Assembly: GCA_003152875.1 (NCBI GenBank)
Contig: PMBF01000076.1
Coordinates: forward strand, 180,604 to 244,603
Length of the DNA stretch: 64,000 nucleotides
Source: Ignavibacteriota bacterium
GTDB lineage: Bacteria; Bacteroidota; Ignavibacteria; UBA10030; UBA6906
Direction: 5' to 3'
Made by a program: the position numbers and the translations under genes. Below are positions 1 to 8,842 of the stretch, one piece after another; the stretch's first letter is position 1; every line of letters begins with the position of its first letter. Below the pieces are notes generated by a model that worked only from the letters and a program-made list of their open reading frames with translations, was not told where the DNA came from and did not search any database.

Positions 1-298
1 TATAGGTGATGCCTCCCGCAACTTTTACACCCCTTGCTTTGAAAAACGCTTTCGCTGCTTCAATAGTTTTCTCATCGACTAATATCCGGTCGCGATGGGT
101 TTCAAGATAGATTTTGTCGACCTTCACTTGTTGAGACATTTCGTTCCATAATGGTTCAAGCCATTGCAGGCTGTCCATCTTTTGTACTTCGTAAGCGCGG
201 GCATAGACGGCAACGGTAAAGTTCTTGTAGCCGCTTCCCGAAAAGGCCGTTGCGGCAACAATCATGAGAAGTGCCATCGTGAATGCAAATGTCTTCAT
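1..298 (-). CDS. Secreted hypothetical protein, partial (3' end runs off the window). It has an N-terminal signal peptide, MKTFAFTMALLMIVAATAFSGSGYKNF..., and is distinctly lower in GC than the rest of the window.
   Basis: Translating the reverse complement of 1-298 gives a clean ORF from an ATG at 298-296 with no stop before the window edge. The N-terminus is hydrophobic and signal-peptide-like. The ORF is missing from the track only because it is truncated by the window. Confidence 0.5.
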   Translation of the reverse strand, partial: MKTFAFTMALLMIVAATAFSGSGYKNFTVAVYARAYEVQKMDSLQWLEPLWNEMSQQVKVDKIYLETHRDRILVDEKTIEAAKAFFKARGVKVAGGITY

Positions 299-329
299 TG
301 TCACCGAGTATTTGGTGCGAAGCAGCGAC

Positions 330-349
330 CCATCCCGCATGCGGGATGG
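330..349. promoter_or_regulatory. Perfect 20-bp palindrome CCATCCCGCATGCGGGATGG, 32 bp upstream of the start codon of the 1..298 gene. Candidate operator.
   Basis: Read directly from the sequence: the two 10-bp half-sites are exact reverse complements. The site lies in the promoter region of the minus-strand gene that starts at 298. Confidence 0.4.
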
Positions 350-379
350 TAAGGTGCACGGGGAAACCACTTCAGAGGC

Positions 380-391
380 CGGACATGTCCG
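380..391. promoter_or_regulatory. Perfect 12-bp palindrome CGGACATGTCCG, a second candidate protein-binding site in the same upstream region.
   Basis: Read directly; perfect dyad symmetry; 82 bp upstream of the ATG at 298. Confidence 0.3.
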
Positions 392-1072
392 ACAACGATA
401 TATTGAGACCACTCGCGGCCCGAGGCAGAAGCCTATCGCTCATCAGAAGAATGGGCCATGCCTGACCATCGCCCTCATCACAAGAGCTGAAGGCGTAAGA
501 TAATTCCCAGGTGAGCGAATGTCTATAGAAATGAATGTCAAGAGCAAAATAATTCCCTTCAACGACACAACAGGGGATTAATTCCAGAAGATTCGTTTCA
601 GGCAGTTCTTTCTTCAGAAACTTCTGCACCTTTCGGGACAAGATCTACAAGAAGAAGCCCCACACGTTGTGAGCATGGGGCTTTGTCTAACTTGTGGCGG
701 AATGGATGAGAATCAGTGACACCTGAAGCCCAGGATGAGAATTCTGGGCTTTTTCATCTCACGCCATTGCTCTGAGCACTTTCGTTGCAATGCAGTCCCG
801 TAGCATAGGAAACAGGGAGAAAAACACAATATATCTGTCAATTGGTGAACTTTTCGGCAATATTCCCGGTTTCGCAGTGTAGAAGGTTTTGAGCAAAAGG
901 GCGTTTTTCGGTTTCCGCCTGCTCCCTCTGGCGGCTCTCCAGTCCTGCTCAGGAGCTTCCCTTCCGACCATGGGAGCACAGTAATTCCTCGCTCCACTGT
1001 GCCAGCACTCATGGCCTGAGAACCGTAATGATCAACCAGGAGTTGGATGTATCTCCGGGTGGTCGTGACATG

Positions 1073-1089
1073 CCCCCCCCCAAAAAAAA
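1073..1089. repeat. Homopolymeric tract C9A8 (CCCCCCCCCAAAAAAAA), about 110 bp upstream of the small plus-strand gene at 1197. A possible slipped-strand phase-variation site.
   Basis: Read directly: 9 C (1073-1081) followed by 8 A (1082-1089). Confidence 0.5.
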
Positions 1090-1196
1090 CGGTTCGAGTA
1101 TTCCATCTCACCGAGCTGGAAACCAGGAAGAAATGGCAGCGTTATTATCGACCATCATCAGCGTCATCAACCCTACAACCATACACAGGAGGCAAC

Positions 1197-1478
1197 ATGT
1201 ACGTTATCGTCCAACACGAGATTTCCAATCCCAAGACGTTCTGGGAAACAGCAAAAACCGCAACAGCCGCTCTGCCATCGGATCTGAAAGTGCACCAGAC
1301 TCTTCCCAACGGGGAAGGGACAAAGGCTGTCTGTCTTTGGGAAGCCCCCGGAGTTGATGTGGTGAAGAAGCTTATAGAAGGAGCGGTAGGCAACGTCAGC
1401 AGAAACACGTACTTCGCTGTTGAGGCCGCAAACGCTATGGGGCTGCCCGCTTCCATCAAAGCAGGAGTGACAAGATAA
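1197..1478 (+). CDS. Small hypothetical protein of 93 aa, possibly DUF3303-like with a ferredoxin-like fold.
   Basis: An internal ATG in the 1047..1478 ORF is preceded by a strong SD (AGGAGG, 5 nt spacer). The translation MYVIVQHEISNPKTFWETAK... is protein-like. No confident family assignment. Confidence 0.55.
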   Translation: MYVIVQHEISNPKTFWETAKTATAALPSDLKVHQTLPNGEGTKAVCLWEAPGVDVVKKLIEGAVGNVSRNTYFAVEAANAMGLPASIKAGVTR

Positions 1479-1613
1479 TCCGTACTACACGGGACGAAGG
1501 ACCGGACGATCCCCACACGTTCGGCCCTTCGCCATCGGCTTGAACGCTCTCATGTTCAAGGCTGAATCCGTCGTGCGAGCGCACCCTGAATTCCGCTGAC
1601 ATTGCAGGAGCGG

Positions 1614-2114
1614 CTACTTTACCTTCTCGATCCTGGCGGCCCAGCCTCCACCGGGTGCCAAATGGATCTTCAACGTGTCGCCTGCTGCCGTCTTTATCAC
1701 CTCTCGTTTGTAATCGGTTGCGTCGCGATCTGCATTGATGCCGTCCTGGAACACTTCCGCAACGTAGGCTCCTTCGGAAAGAAATGAGAGGTTGAGCGCA
1801 AGGTCTCGTGCATCCCAGTTGCTCATTGCTCCCACATACCAGGTATCTCCTTTTCTGCGGGCAAGAGCCACGTACTCCCCCACTTTCCCATCCATTGGCA
1901 CAGTCTCATCGAACGTCGTAGGGACTTTGGTGTTGTTGTCGCGAACGTGCTTCTTGACCATGCCATAGGAGTGTCCGGGGGAATTGTGTTTTGACCGGTG
2001 GAGGGATGGAACTGACACACTCTTCGACCTTCCAGGTGAGAACCACCATGGTGGAACCGGCATGCCGTCAATGTCGTAAGCCTGGTCGTCGACCACACCC
2101 GGTAGTCTGGTCAT
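1614..2114 (-). pseudogene. Truncated C-terminal fragment of a glycoside hydrolase family 97 (SusB-like alpha-glucosidase). It is 166 aa where a full GH97 is about 650-700 aa.
   Basis: Motifs such as GDTWYVGAMSNWDARDLALNLSFL...AEVFQDGINADRDATDYKREV match the GH97 C-terminal domain. The TIM-barrel catalytic part is absent. Confidence 0.5.
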
Positions 2115-2297
2115 GCCGGACTCCCGACAGAACGGCGCTTAAACCCATTGCCTGCGACGCGAGTCTAACCATTTTGCACACTTGCATGTCAATGTTTTTT
2201 CGCGGACGTTCCTTGCAGGGTTTTCTTCAGATGTGGGAGACATCCGCCGGGCTGGACGGGCCAATATCATCCGCGTTGCGTCAGAAGGTTACGTTCT

Positions 2298-2855
2298 ATG
2301 GATCTCGCGACACTGGTCGATGCTCTTTCCTCCGTGCTGATCGCCATCGCGATCGGGCTACTCTGGAGAGCACGGGCCCAGTTCATGAATCTCAAGCCCA
2401 TCATCCCCGCACTGTTCTTCGTCTTGCTGGGTCGGATTAGCGACATCATCCTCGAACATGCCGCCGGAAGCTCCGGACCAACCAGTGTTTCCGCCGGCGG
2501 AGAGCTGGAGCGGGGCGTGGCGATCGCCGGTAATTTCACTGATGCCCTGGGCTTCTCTCTCCTCATTTACGGATTCCTCAGGATCATCCGCGAACACCGC
2601 AAGGAGTTGGAACATATTCAGAAACTGGAAACCCTCCTGCCGCTTTGCGCGCACTGCAAGAAATACCGGTCTCCCGAAAACCAGTGGTTGCCAATCGAGA
2701 AGTACCTGACGGAACATGGGACACCTGATCTGAGCCACAGCATTTGTCCAACCTGCCTTGAGGAATTGTACGGGGATATCCTCGAACGACGGAGGATGAA
2801 AGGAAAAGGAGATATTCCCTCACCACTCCCCCCGGAATCGCCTTCGCCATCCTGA
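2298..2855 (+). CDS. Small membrane protein with three predicted TM helices and a C-terminal CxxC-(26 aa)-CxxC zinc-ribbon module (LPLCAHCKKYR...WLPIEKYL...SHSICPTCLEELYG). This module is also found at the C-terminus of many PAS/GAF sensor proteins.
   Basis: Hydrophobic stretches at about residues 8-24, 35-50 and 75-95. The conserved CAHCKK(I/Y)R...W..IE.Y...H...SH.ICP.C pattern is recognised from memory of sensor-protein C-termini. Confidence 0.6.
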   Translation: MDLATLVDALSSVLIAIAIGLLWRARAQFMNLKPIIPALFFVLLGRISDIILEHAAGSSGPTSVSAGGELERGVAIAGNFTDALGFSLLIYGFLRIIREHRKELEHIQKLETLLPLCAHCKKYRSPENQWLPIEKYLTEHGTPDLSHSICPTCLEELYGDILERRRMKGKGDIPSPLPPESPSPS

Positions 2856-3040
2856 CCGCCTGGCCATCGTGATGCGCCGCACCGGTGAACCATACTGTCT
2901 TTTCCCCGGTCATGAGCATACATTGCAGATGACACAGGCAATTCTTTCAACCTCGCAGGACCGTGATCTTTGCACGTGCGACCTGGCATGCATGGACACA
3001 GGCTGAGCGATCTCTCTTCAGGCTCATCCCCTGACCGGGG

Positions 3041-3778
3041 TCATCGCCGCAACGCCGCCTTCGAAAATAGGTAATCGGGAATAGGGGCATCAAGAGCGAG
3101 TGAATCAACGAGGAATTCTGTCCCCTCTCCTTCCGTGAGGACGTCCTTATACAGCACTGACTTGGCCTGCCATGCGTTTTGAACTCTCATCACCTCCCTG
3201 ACATCGATCGTCTTCAATAGTTTTCCACCTTCCGCGTAAAGGTTTTGTCGCAGTACCACGGCACGCTCCTTGTCCACCCAGATGCGCCGGTGATCGTAGG
3301 CGATATCCTGCCTTTTCGCCTTGAGATCGAGAATCCAGCACTCGCGCCCTCCGACGGTATCGCGGGAGACCACCGTCGCCGAGTAGACGTTGGGCAGGTG
3401 TGGGTCTTCCATCATGTCCTCATAGGAGAGATCCGAGCCCATGACGGATTGGCGAAGCAAGTGGCCCGATATCATGATGATGCGATCGGTAGAGGGAGAG
3501 TAATCCCACAACATGTCCTTGAGCTTGAGCATCTTCGTTCCTTTCTCCCTTGCCGGCGCAAGAAATTCCGTGTACGCCTCATTCGTGCCGCGTTGCCACG
3601 ACTTGGATTCCACTGTTCTGGTCTCCCGGCGTCCGTGTATGATCATGCGCGCTACGGCAATCCTGCGTTCCGAGAACATGTTTTGATCGACCTTCTTCAG
3701 GATCTCATCTCCGGTAGGCCCTGCAAACCCGAACGAAAGGGCATTGAGTGCGATCAACACGGAAAGCGGACGTATCAT
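3041..3778 (-). CDS. Outer-membrane lipoprotein-sorting protein, LolA-like, of the family that accompanies MacB-type ABC transporters. It carries a signal peptide.
   Basis: Signal peptide MIRPLSVLIALNALSFGFA. It sits at the end of an ABC ATPase and two FtsX permeases on the same strand, with a 4-bp overlap to the permease. Confidence 0.55.
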   Translation of the reverse strand: MIRPLSVLIALNALSFGFAGPTGDEILKKVDQNMFSERRIAVARMIIHGRRETRTVESKSWQRGTNEAYTEFLAPAREKGTKMLKLKDMLWDYSPSTDRIIMISGHLLRQSVMGSDLSYEDMMEDPHLPNVYSATVVSRDTVGGRECWILDLKAKRQDIAYDHRRIWVDKERAVVLRQNLYAEGGKLLKTIDVREVMRVQNAWQAKSVLYKDVLTEGEGTEFLVDSLALDAPIPDYLFSKAALRR

Positions 3779-5070
3779 GTTTCAAGTTCCTTGAATAATT
3801 CAGATGTTTGCCGCCTGTAAATGCCGATGCCGGAGATCGTGGTCCCGAGAAATGTGGCAAGCAAGCCCGGAAGAAACCCGATCACATAGGAGAACGGCGA
3901 TATCCGGGCCCGTATGATGTTGGGAAGCATCATCGTGCTCTCCTTCAAGACCGACCCGATATCGAACCCATGCGCCTGAGTATATGCGGCCGCCGCCAAT
4001 CCGGTCGCCGTGCCGGCCACAGCGCCGGCGAAACCGATCATCAGCGACTCAGCCTGCAACGACACGTAGACGTGCTCCTTTTCCTCACCGATCGCGAGAC
4101 GGACGCCGAATTCTCCGTATCGCCGCAGACTTCCCGTCAACCCCGCATTCCATAGGACGATCGACATCGCCACAACGAAGACACCCATGATGACTCCCGA
4201 AAATACATCAACATAGTCGAGATAGTCAGACAGCCCGCTTTGGGTGCGAGGGGTTCCCATGACCGGGGAGAATGCGCCTGTATCACGAGGAGAGTCCCCG
4301 GGATCATTCCTGTGACAGGCATTGAAGACTGCGGTGACCGCATTTGCCCGATCTTCGTGATAGAGATCGTCTGCAAAGAAGCCCAGGATCTCTCCCGCGC
4401 CCCCCTGCATATCCAGGGCCTGCTGTATGTCCGCGAGATCTGCAATCACTGTCGCCTTGTCCATTGCGGCAATTCCGAACCGGACCGTACCGGCAATGAC
4501 GAAATTCATGACGCTCATGCTCCCGTACATGGTCGAACTGATGAATGTGGCGGTGTCGCCAGGCTGGATGCCGAGACGGGCTGCAAGGTCCACGCCTGCC
4601 AGGATTTCCCCGCGGTTTCTTGGCACGCGCCCCTGGACGATGGCGTTTTCGATGTTGAGTATACGCCATTCGGGACTGTCGGGGGAGAGCAGATCGACCG
4701 CCATTCCACTCACGGGAGCCTGTGCCCTCGTCTCACCCTTCTCGTCCGGGATATCCAGAAGTCCCCCGAACTTGATGCGCGGAGTCCAGAGGAGATCCGG
4801 ATACAGGCGGCGCAATTCCGTCATGAGTGTATCGATTCCCAGCAGTCCCAAATCGTTGGGGTTTTGGTCTGCTTCCTTCGCGTAGGCCTTCGTCATCACA
4901 CGAATGTGGCCTGTGCTGTAGTGCGCCGTGGATTCCAGCAGGGATGAGAGCACACCGTTCAACCAGGCGTGCAAGAACACCGTCAAGACGACGCCGGCAA
5001 ACACGGTGAGGAATGGGAACAGGGACCGGGATCGATCGCGCAAGAGACCCTTAAACAGGAAGGGGATCAC
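3775..5070 (-). CDS. ABC transporter permease, FtsX/MacB-like with a large periplasmic domain. The first 198 aa of the 629-aa track ORF are an out-of-frame overlap with the upstream permease and were trimmed; the start is a GTG in a GTGA overlap.
   Basis: The protein-like sequence begins at ...VIPFLFKGLLRDRSRSLFPFLTVFAGVVL. Four TM segments occupy the C-terminal third. The stop of the upstream ORF overlaps the GTG start (ctTGTGTGAtcc). Confidence 0.7.
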   Translation of the reverse strand: MIPFLFKGLLRDRSRSLFPFLTVFAGVVLTVFLHAWLNGVLSSLLESTAHYSTGHIRVMTKAYAKEADQNPNDLGLLGIDTLMTELRRLYPDLLWTPRIKFGGLLDIPDEKGETRAQAPVSGMAVDLLSPDSPEWRILNIENAIVQGRVPRNRGEILAGVDLAARLGIQPGDTATFISSTMYGSMSVMNFVIAGTVRFGIAAMDKATVIADLADIQQALDMQGGAGEILGFFADDLYHEDRANAVTAVFNACHRNDPGDSPRDTGAFSPVMGTPRTQSGLSDYLDYVDVFSGVIMGVFVVAMSIVLWNAGLTGSLRRYGEFGVRLAIGEEKEHVYVSLQAESLMIGFAGAVAGTATGLAAAAYTQAHGFDIGSVLKESTMMLPNIIRARISPFSYVIGFLPGLLATFLGTTISGIGIYRRQTSELFKELET

Positions 5071-6239
5071 ACAAGTTTCCCCCTGAGCGCGTCCACCGGT
5101 TTCAGCTTTGCTATTGTCCTCGTCGGAAGGAAGCTGACGATGGTGGTGACAACGCAGACGAGGAGCGTCGTGCCGATGATCAACGCAGGCGAATAGACCG
5201 GGAAGAGCCTCTGACCTATGGCAACACCGAAGTTGTCCGTCCCGGCGGGGAGTTCGAAGCCTAAGCTCGCGGCGTAAGCGAAGAGTGGAATTCCGTAACA
5301 GGAGCCGAGAATCGCAGCAAGGACGCTGTGAAACGCGCCTTCCATAGTGAACAATTCTATGACCCCTCCCCGGGTCATGCCAAGGGCCATGAGCGTCCCT
5401 ATCTCCTTCCGGCGCCGCCAGATGGAGAGGATTTGCGTGTCGAAAATGGCAAGCATGGCAAGAAACAAGAGGAAGAGGTACATGATGCTGCCCTGAACGC
5501 TTTTCATTCGTACAAGCGAGTGGAGATCCCGGAGAAGAAAGCCAAGATCCTTGAATTCCCACCCTGGCACTTCGTTGAGGGGAACGGCGCTCCTGTTCAC
5601 CACCACGATCGTCGCCTGGTCCGGCAAGTGCGTCAATTCCTGCAGCCGATCCAACGGAATCCACACCTGCTCATTATCGATATCCTGCACGGAGGTCCTG
5701 AACACCTCCACGATGCTCACGTCCCGCGCGTCGTATGTACCGTGAGTATCCCTCCAACGGACCGTCACGACATCTCCCTTCTTCAGCCCGGCGCCTTTTG
5801 CCATTCTGGCCCCAATCAACCCGGGGAGTTCATCATGACCGGTTCTTAGCAGATGCGAAGGGACCGACAGGATTGTCTGGCCGGGATCAATGCCTTTCAA
5901 AAGAATGGACCGGAACCGCCCATGAGGGTAGAACGTAGCAGGACGGATGAGAATAGACGTCGCTGAGGTATCGCTCACCAGCTTCCGCAGCGGCGGCGGG
6001 ATCGGTGCATGGGCGTCTTCCAGCGACAGGGGATCGAAAGGACCGTATGCATTTTGCCAGTACTGTCCGCCGCCGAACAGGGCATCCACGGTGGAGCGTT
6101 CCACCTGGTCGTTCAATCCTTCATAGAGGCCCTGCAGAAAAATGATCGAGACAAACGCAAATGAAAGGGCGGCGACATTGAGCCATGTTCGCAGGCCTGC
6201 ACTGAGAATATTCCTCGCGGCAAGTTTCAGGGTGAGCAT
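5067..6239 (-). CDS. ABC transporter permease, FtsX-like, MacB/LolC/LolE family.
   Basis: N-terminal TM helix, a periplasmic domain, and the C-terminal FtsX 4-TM region ...LMALGMTRGGVIELF...; it is adjacent to the ATPase. Confidence 0.8.
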   Translation of the reverse strand: MLTLKLAARNILSAGLRTWLNVAALSFAFVSIIFLQGLYEGLNDQVERSTVDALFGGGQYWQNAYGPFDPLSLEDAHAPIPPPLRKLVSDTSATSILIRPATFYPHGRFRSILLKGIDPGQTILSVPSHLLRTGHDELPGLIGARMAKGAGLKKGDVVTVRWRDTHGTYDARDVSIVEVFRTSVQDIDNEQVWIPLDRLQELTHLPDQATIVVVNRSAVPLNEVPGWEFKDLGFLLRDLHSLVRMKSVQGSIMYLFLLFLAMLAIFDTQILSIWRRRKEIGTLMALGMTRGGVIELFTMEGAFHSVLAAILGSCYGIPLFAYAASLGFELPAGTDNFGVAIGQRLFPVYSPALIIGTTLLVCVVTTIVSFLPTRTIAKLKPVDALRGKLV

Positions 6240-6242
6240 GAT

Positions 6243-6959
6243 TCACCTCACAGCGAGAGGGGGTTGATCACTGCGTTCGTCTTTCGAGATTCTGCCATCG
6301 ATGAGCGTGATTTTTCGCTTCAGGTAGCCGATCACTTTCTCGTCATGGGTGGCAAAAACAAACGTTGTTCCAAGCTCTTCGTTCAACTGTACCATGGTTC
6401 TCATGATGTGGTGAGAGTTCGCCGCATCGAGATTCGCCGTGGGCTCATCTGCCAGCACGATTTCCGGCTTTTTGACAATCGCCCTGGCGATCGCTACGCG
6501 CTGTCCTTGCCCACCGGACAGTTGGACTGGCCTGGAATCGGCACGATCGGCCAGGCCGACCCATTCGAGGGCTTCTTCGACGAGCTGCCTGCGGCGGGAA
6601 GATTCGACTCCTTGCAGGAGCAAAGGGAATTCGACGTTTTCATACACCGTGTAGACCGGGAGCAGGTTGAAGGTCTGGAAAATGAAGCCGATGTGGCCGT
6701 TTCGCAAGCCCGCCGCCTCTTTTTGAGAAAGAGAATCTATTCTCCTGCCAAGCACTTCGGCGGTTCCGCTTGTTGGCGCGTCGAGAGAGCCGATGATGTT
6801 GAGGAGAGTCGTCTTCCCCGAGCCGCTCGGTCCGACCAGTCCGAGGAATTCCCCTCTAGTCACTGTGAGAGTGACGTCATCGGGCGCTTTCAGGCTAGTC
6901 AGCCCAAGCGAATAGGTCTTCTCAAGGTTTTCGGTCTTTATCAGTGCTGAGTTCTGCAT
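6243..6959 (-). CDS. ABC transporter ATP-binding protein, LolD/MacB-type.
   Basis: Walker [10 protein letters not shown], signature [14 protein letters not shown] and Walker B ILADEPT are all present. Confidence 0.9.
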   Translation of the reverse strand: MQNSALIKTENLEKTYSLGLTSLKAPDDVTLTVTRGEFLGLVGPSGSGKTTLLNIIGSLDAPTSGTAEVLGRRIDSLSQKEAAGLRNGHIGFIFQTFNLLPVYTVYENVEFPLLLQGVESSRRRQLVEEALEWVGLADRADSRPVQLSGGQGQRVAIARAIVKKPEIVLADEPTANLDAANSHHIMRTMVQLNEELGTTFVFATHDEKVIGYLKRKITLIDGRISKDERSDQPPLAVR

Positions 6960-7020
6960 GCGTCCTTCCGCTTGTGCTTGAACTCCCTGTCACGATTCCG
7001 TTGCCAGGGATGATGTTCCG

Positions 7021-8221
7021 CTAATGATTGAAGACGGCCATGAATTGAAACCCGGTGCCGGCAAACCGGCTTTCGCTTGCCTGATTGCGATAGAGCTGGA
7101 TGTTCTCCGGGTTCCAGAACCCGAGGAGATAGAAGCTCCAGTTGTCGTAGGTCCGCTGCCAGGTTATCAGTCGATACCACTCGCGGTTCTTCCAGTCGCG
7201 GTACAATATGGCGGAAAGCTGGTCGACGACCCCAACCGGATACGTGAGCGACAAGGCGGAGAAGCCAGACCCCTCGGCGGGAGCAAACAGCCCGGTCGAG
7301 CTTTCAGACCGGAAATACTCGGTCGCTGCATACATGCCGTTCCCGACAGGAATGGTATAGTCCGCCCCTACCGTCCCACTGCCGCTGGTATTGCGCTCCA
7401 AGCAGGCCGCTTTCCTGACGCACCAGCACCCCTTCGAACCAGACTCCGATGCCGATATCCCATTTGCCATCCAGGCCCAGACGATCTTCCGGAGCAATGA
7501 GGCTGCTTCCGTCATCGTGAGCGAATACCAAGGGACTCAAATCCGCACGCCGGTTGTGATACGTGACACCAATTTCGCCTATCCACAGCGGGGATTGCAC
7601 CCTTCCCCCGAACTCGAAGGTTCTGGCTTCCGTCGGGACTGCCTCCAACCCTTTGGTGTTGTTATTGCCGTAGAGGCCCCAGAGCCAGATGTTGACGTTG
7701 TTCGTAAAGTAATACCGCGCTAACCCGGCATACACTCCGTCAGTCAGCTGGAGCGGGTCGCGCGGGTCGAGCCAGTCAAACCACATCAGAGGCCGGAGAA
7801 GCATCGCAGAGCCGAAGTTGATTTTCTGCAAACCGATCCAGACTTCAAGTCTGTCCGTCGAGAGCCGAAGCCAGAGGCGGTACGGCCTGGCGTGCCATTC
7901 CGAGGAGGGGTGCTTATCCCCAGCCGTGCGGACGATCGCATACGCGTTGAGCGACACTTCCATGTCGGCGTCGATCCCGCCGCCCAGCGGTTCCTTGACA
8001 AGAAGATTGGGGAGATAGCGAAGACCCGTCTGAACGAGCGGCGGGGATTCCGGATTCGTCGTGAGCCATGCCGAGGCCTGCCCGTGCAGATCCGCCGCCT
8101 GCGGCCGGGCGCTCTGCGCAAGAAGCAGAACAACCAGACAGGATGCCGCCCGGTTGACCACCTGGGGCTTTGAGTGCCTCCCCGTTCGTCCCGTGAGCCC
8201 GTTCATGACGTACGGCGCCAT
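7021..8221 (-). pseudogene. Putative outer-membrane beta-barrel protein, split by a frameshift into two overlapping ORFs (7304..8221 and 7021..7515). It has a signal peptide and the C-terminus ends ...FQFMAVFNH.
   Basis: The two ORFs overlap by about 210 bp in different frames. The sequence looks protein-like only in the N-terminal part of the first ORF and the C-terminal part of the second. It has an aromatic- and Gly-rich beta-strand composition. Confidence 0.4.
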
Positions 8222-8842
8222 TCTCTATGTGGATTTCTCCCATCGGGACGTCAGCGTCTCGATGAGGTGATGCGTGATGGCATCAATCGGAAAGAGCTCA
8301 GGCGCAACTGTGTAGTTTGCGACAACTCCATCAAAGACGAACATCAGGAGAAAACAATCAAGCTCCGGCTCGTCGGATCCCAGTCGTTTGATGAGCTTCG
8401 TAAGGCGTGCGAAAGGCGCGCGCCAAGCGGTTCATTCTTGATGACGTCAAGCCAGGCATTGACAAGCGAGACGAACCTCTCCTTTGCCGGCCGCGGAGAC
8501 AGCTCTTGAACCCCTGCTCGTACGTCGGAGGCTTGGTGACATCGCAGGTGGGAGGAGACGGGAAACACTACACGGCATACGCCTCTGATGGAACGATCAG
8601 AGTTGTCGGCGGCGGTGGTCTCATCATGAGATGGGGCGGACATTCGAATGCGGCAGGCAGAACAACCCGTTCTCTCTGAAACCATCCAGGTATTTCGTGC
8701 GCTGGAGCCGGGTGAATGACGAAGGCTTCGGATGTCTGCTGGGTGGCAACGGTCTTCCTGTGCTTCAGGCGGGATGATAACACGGCCGAACACCTCGCGA
8801 AGATACCCCTTCGCGCACCTCCTTGAAGCGCGCCCCCGTCCC

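Noticed and set aside
372-1111. Minus-strand ORFs 372..641 and 713..1111 in the low-GC region.
   Set aside because: No recognisable domains and no start context, and the composition is atypical. I treated the region as probably non-coding or regulatory, although the 372..641 ORF cannot be fully excluded.
3775-5664. 629-aa ORF taken at face value as a single permease.
   Set aside because: The first 198 aa overlap the upstream permease gene in another frame and are not protein-like. I trimmed the gene to the GTG at 5070, which is coupled to the upstream stop.
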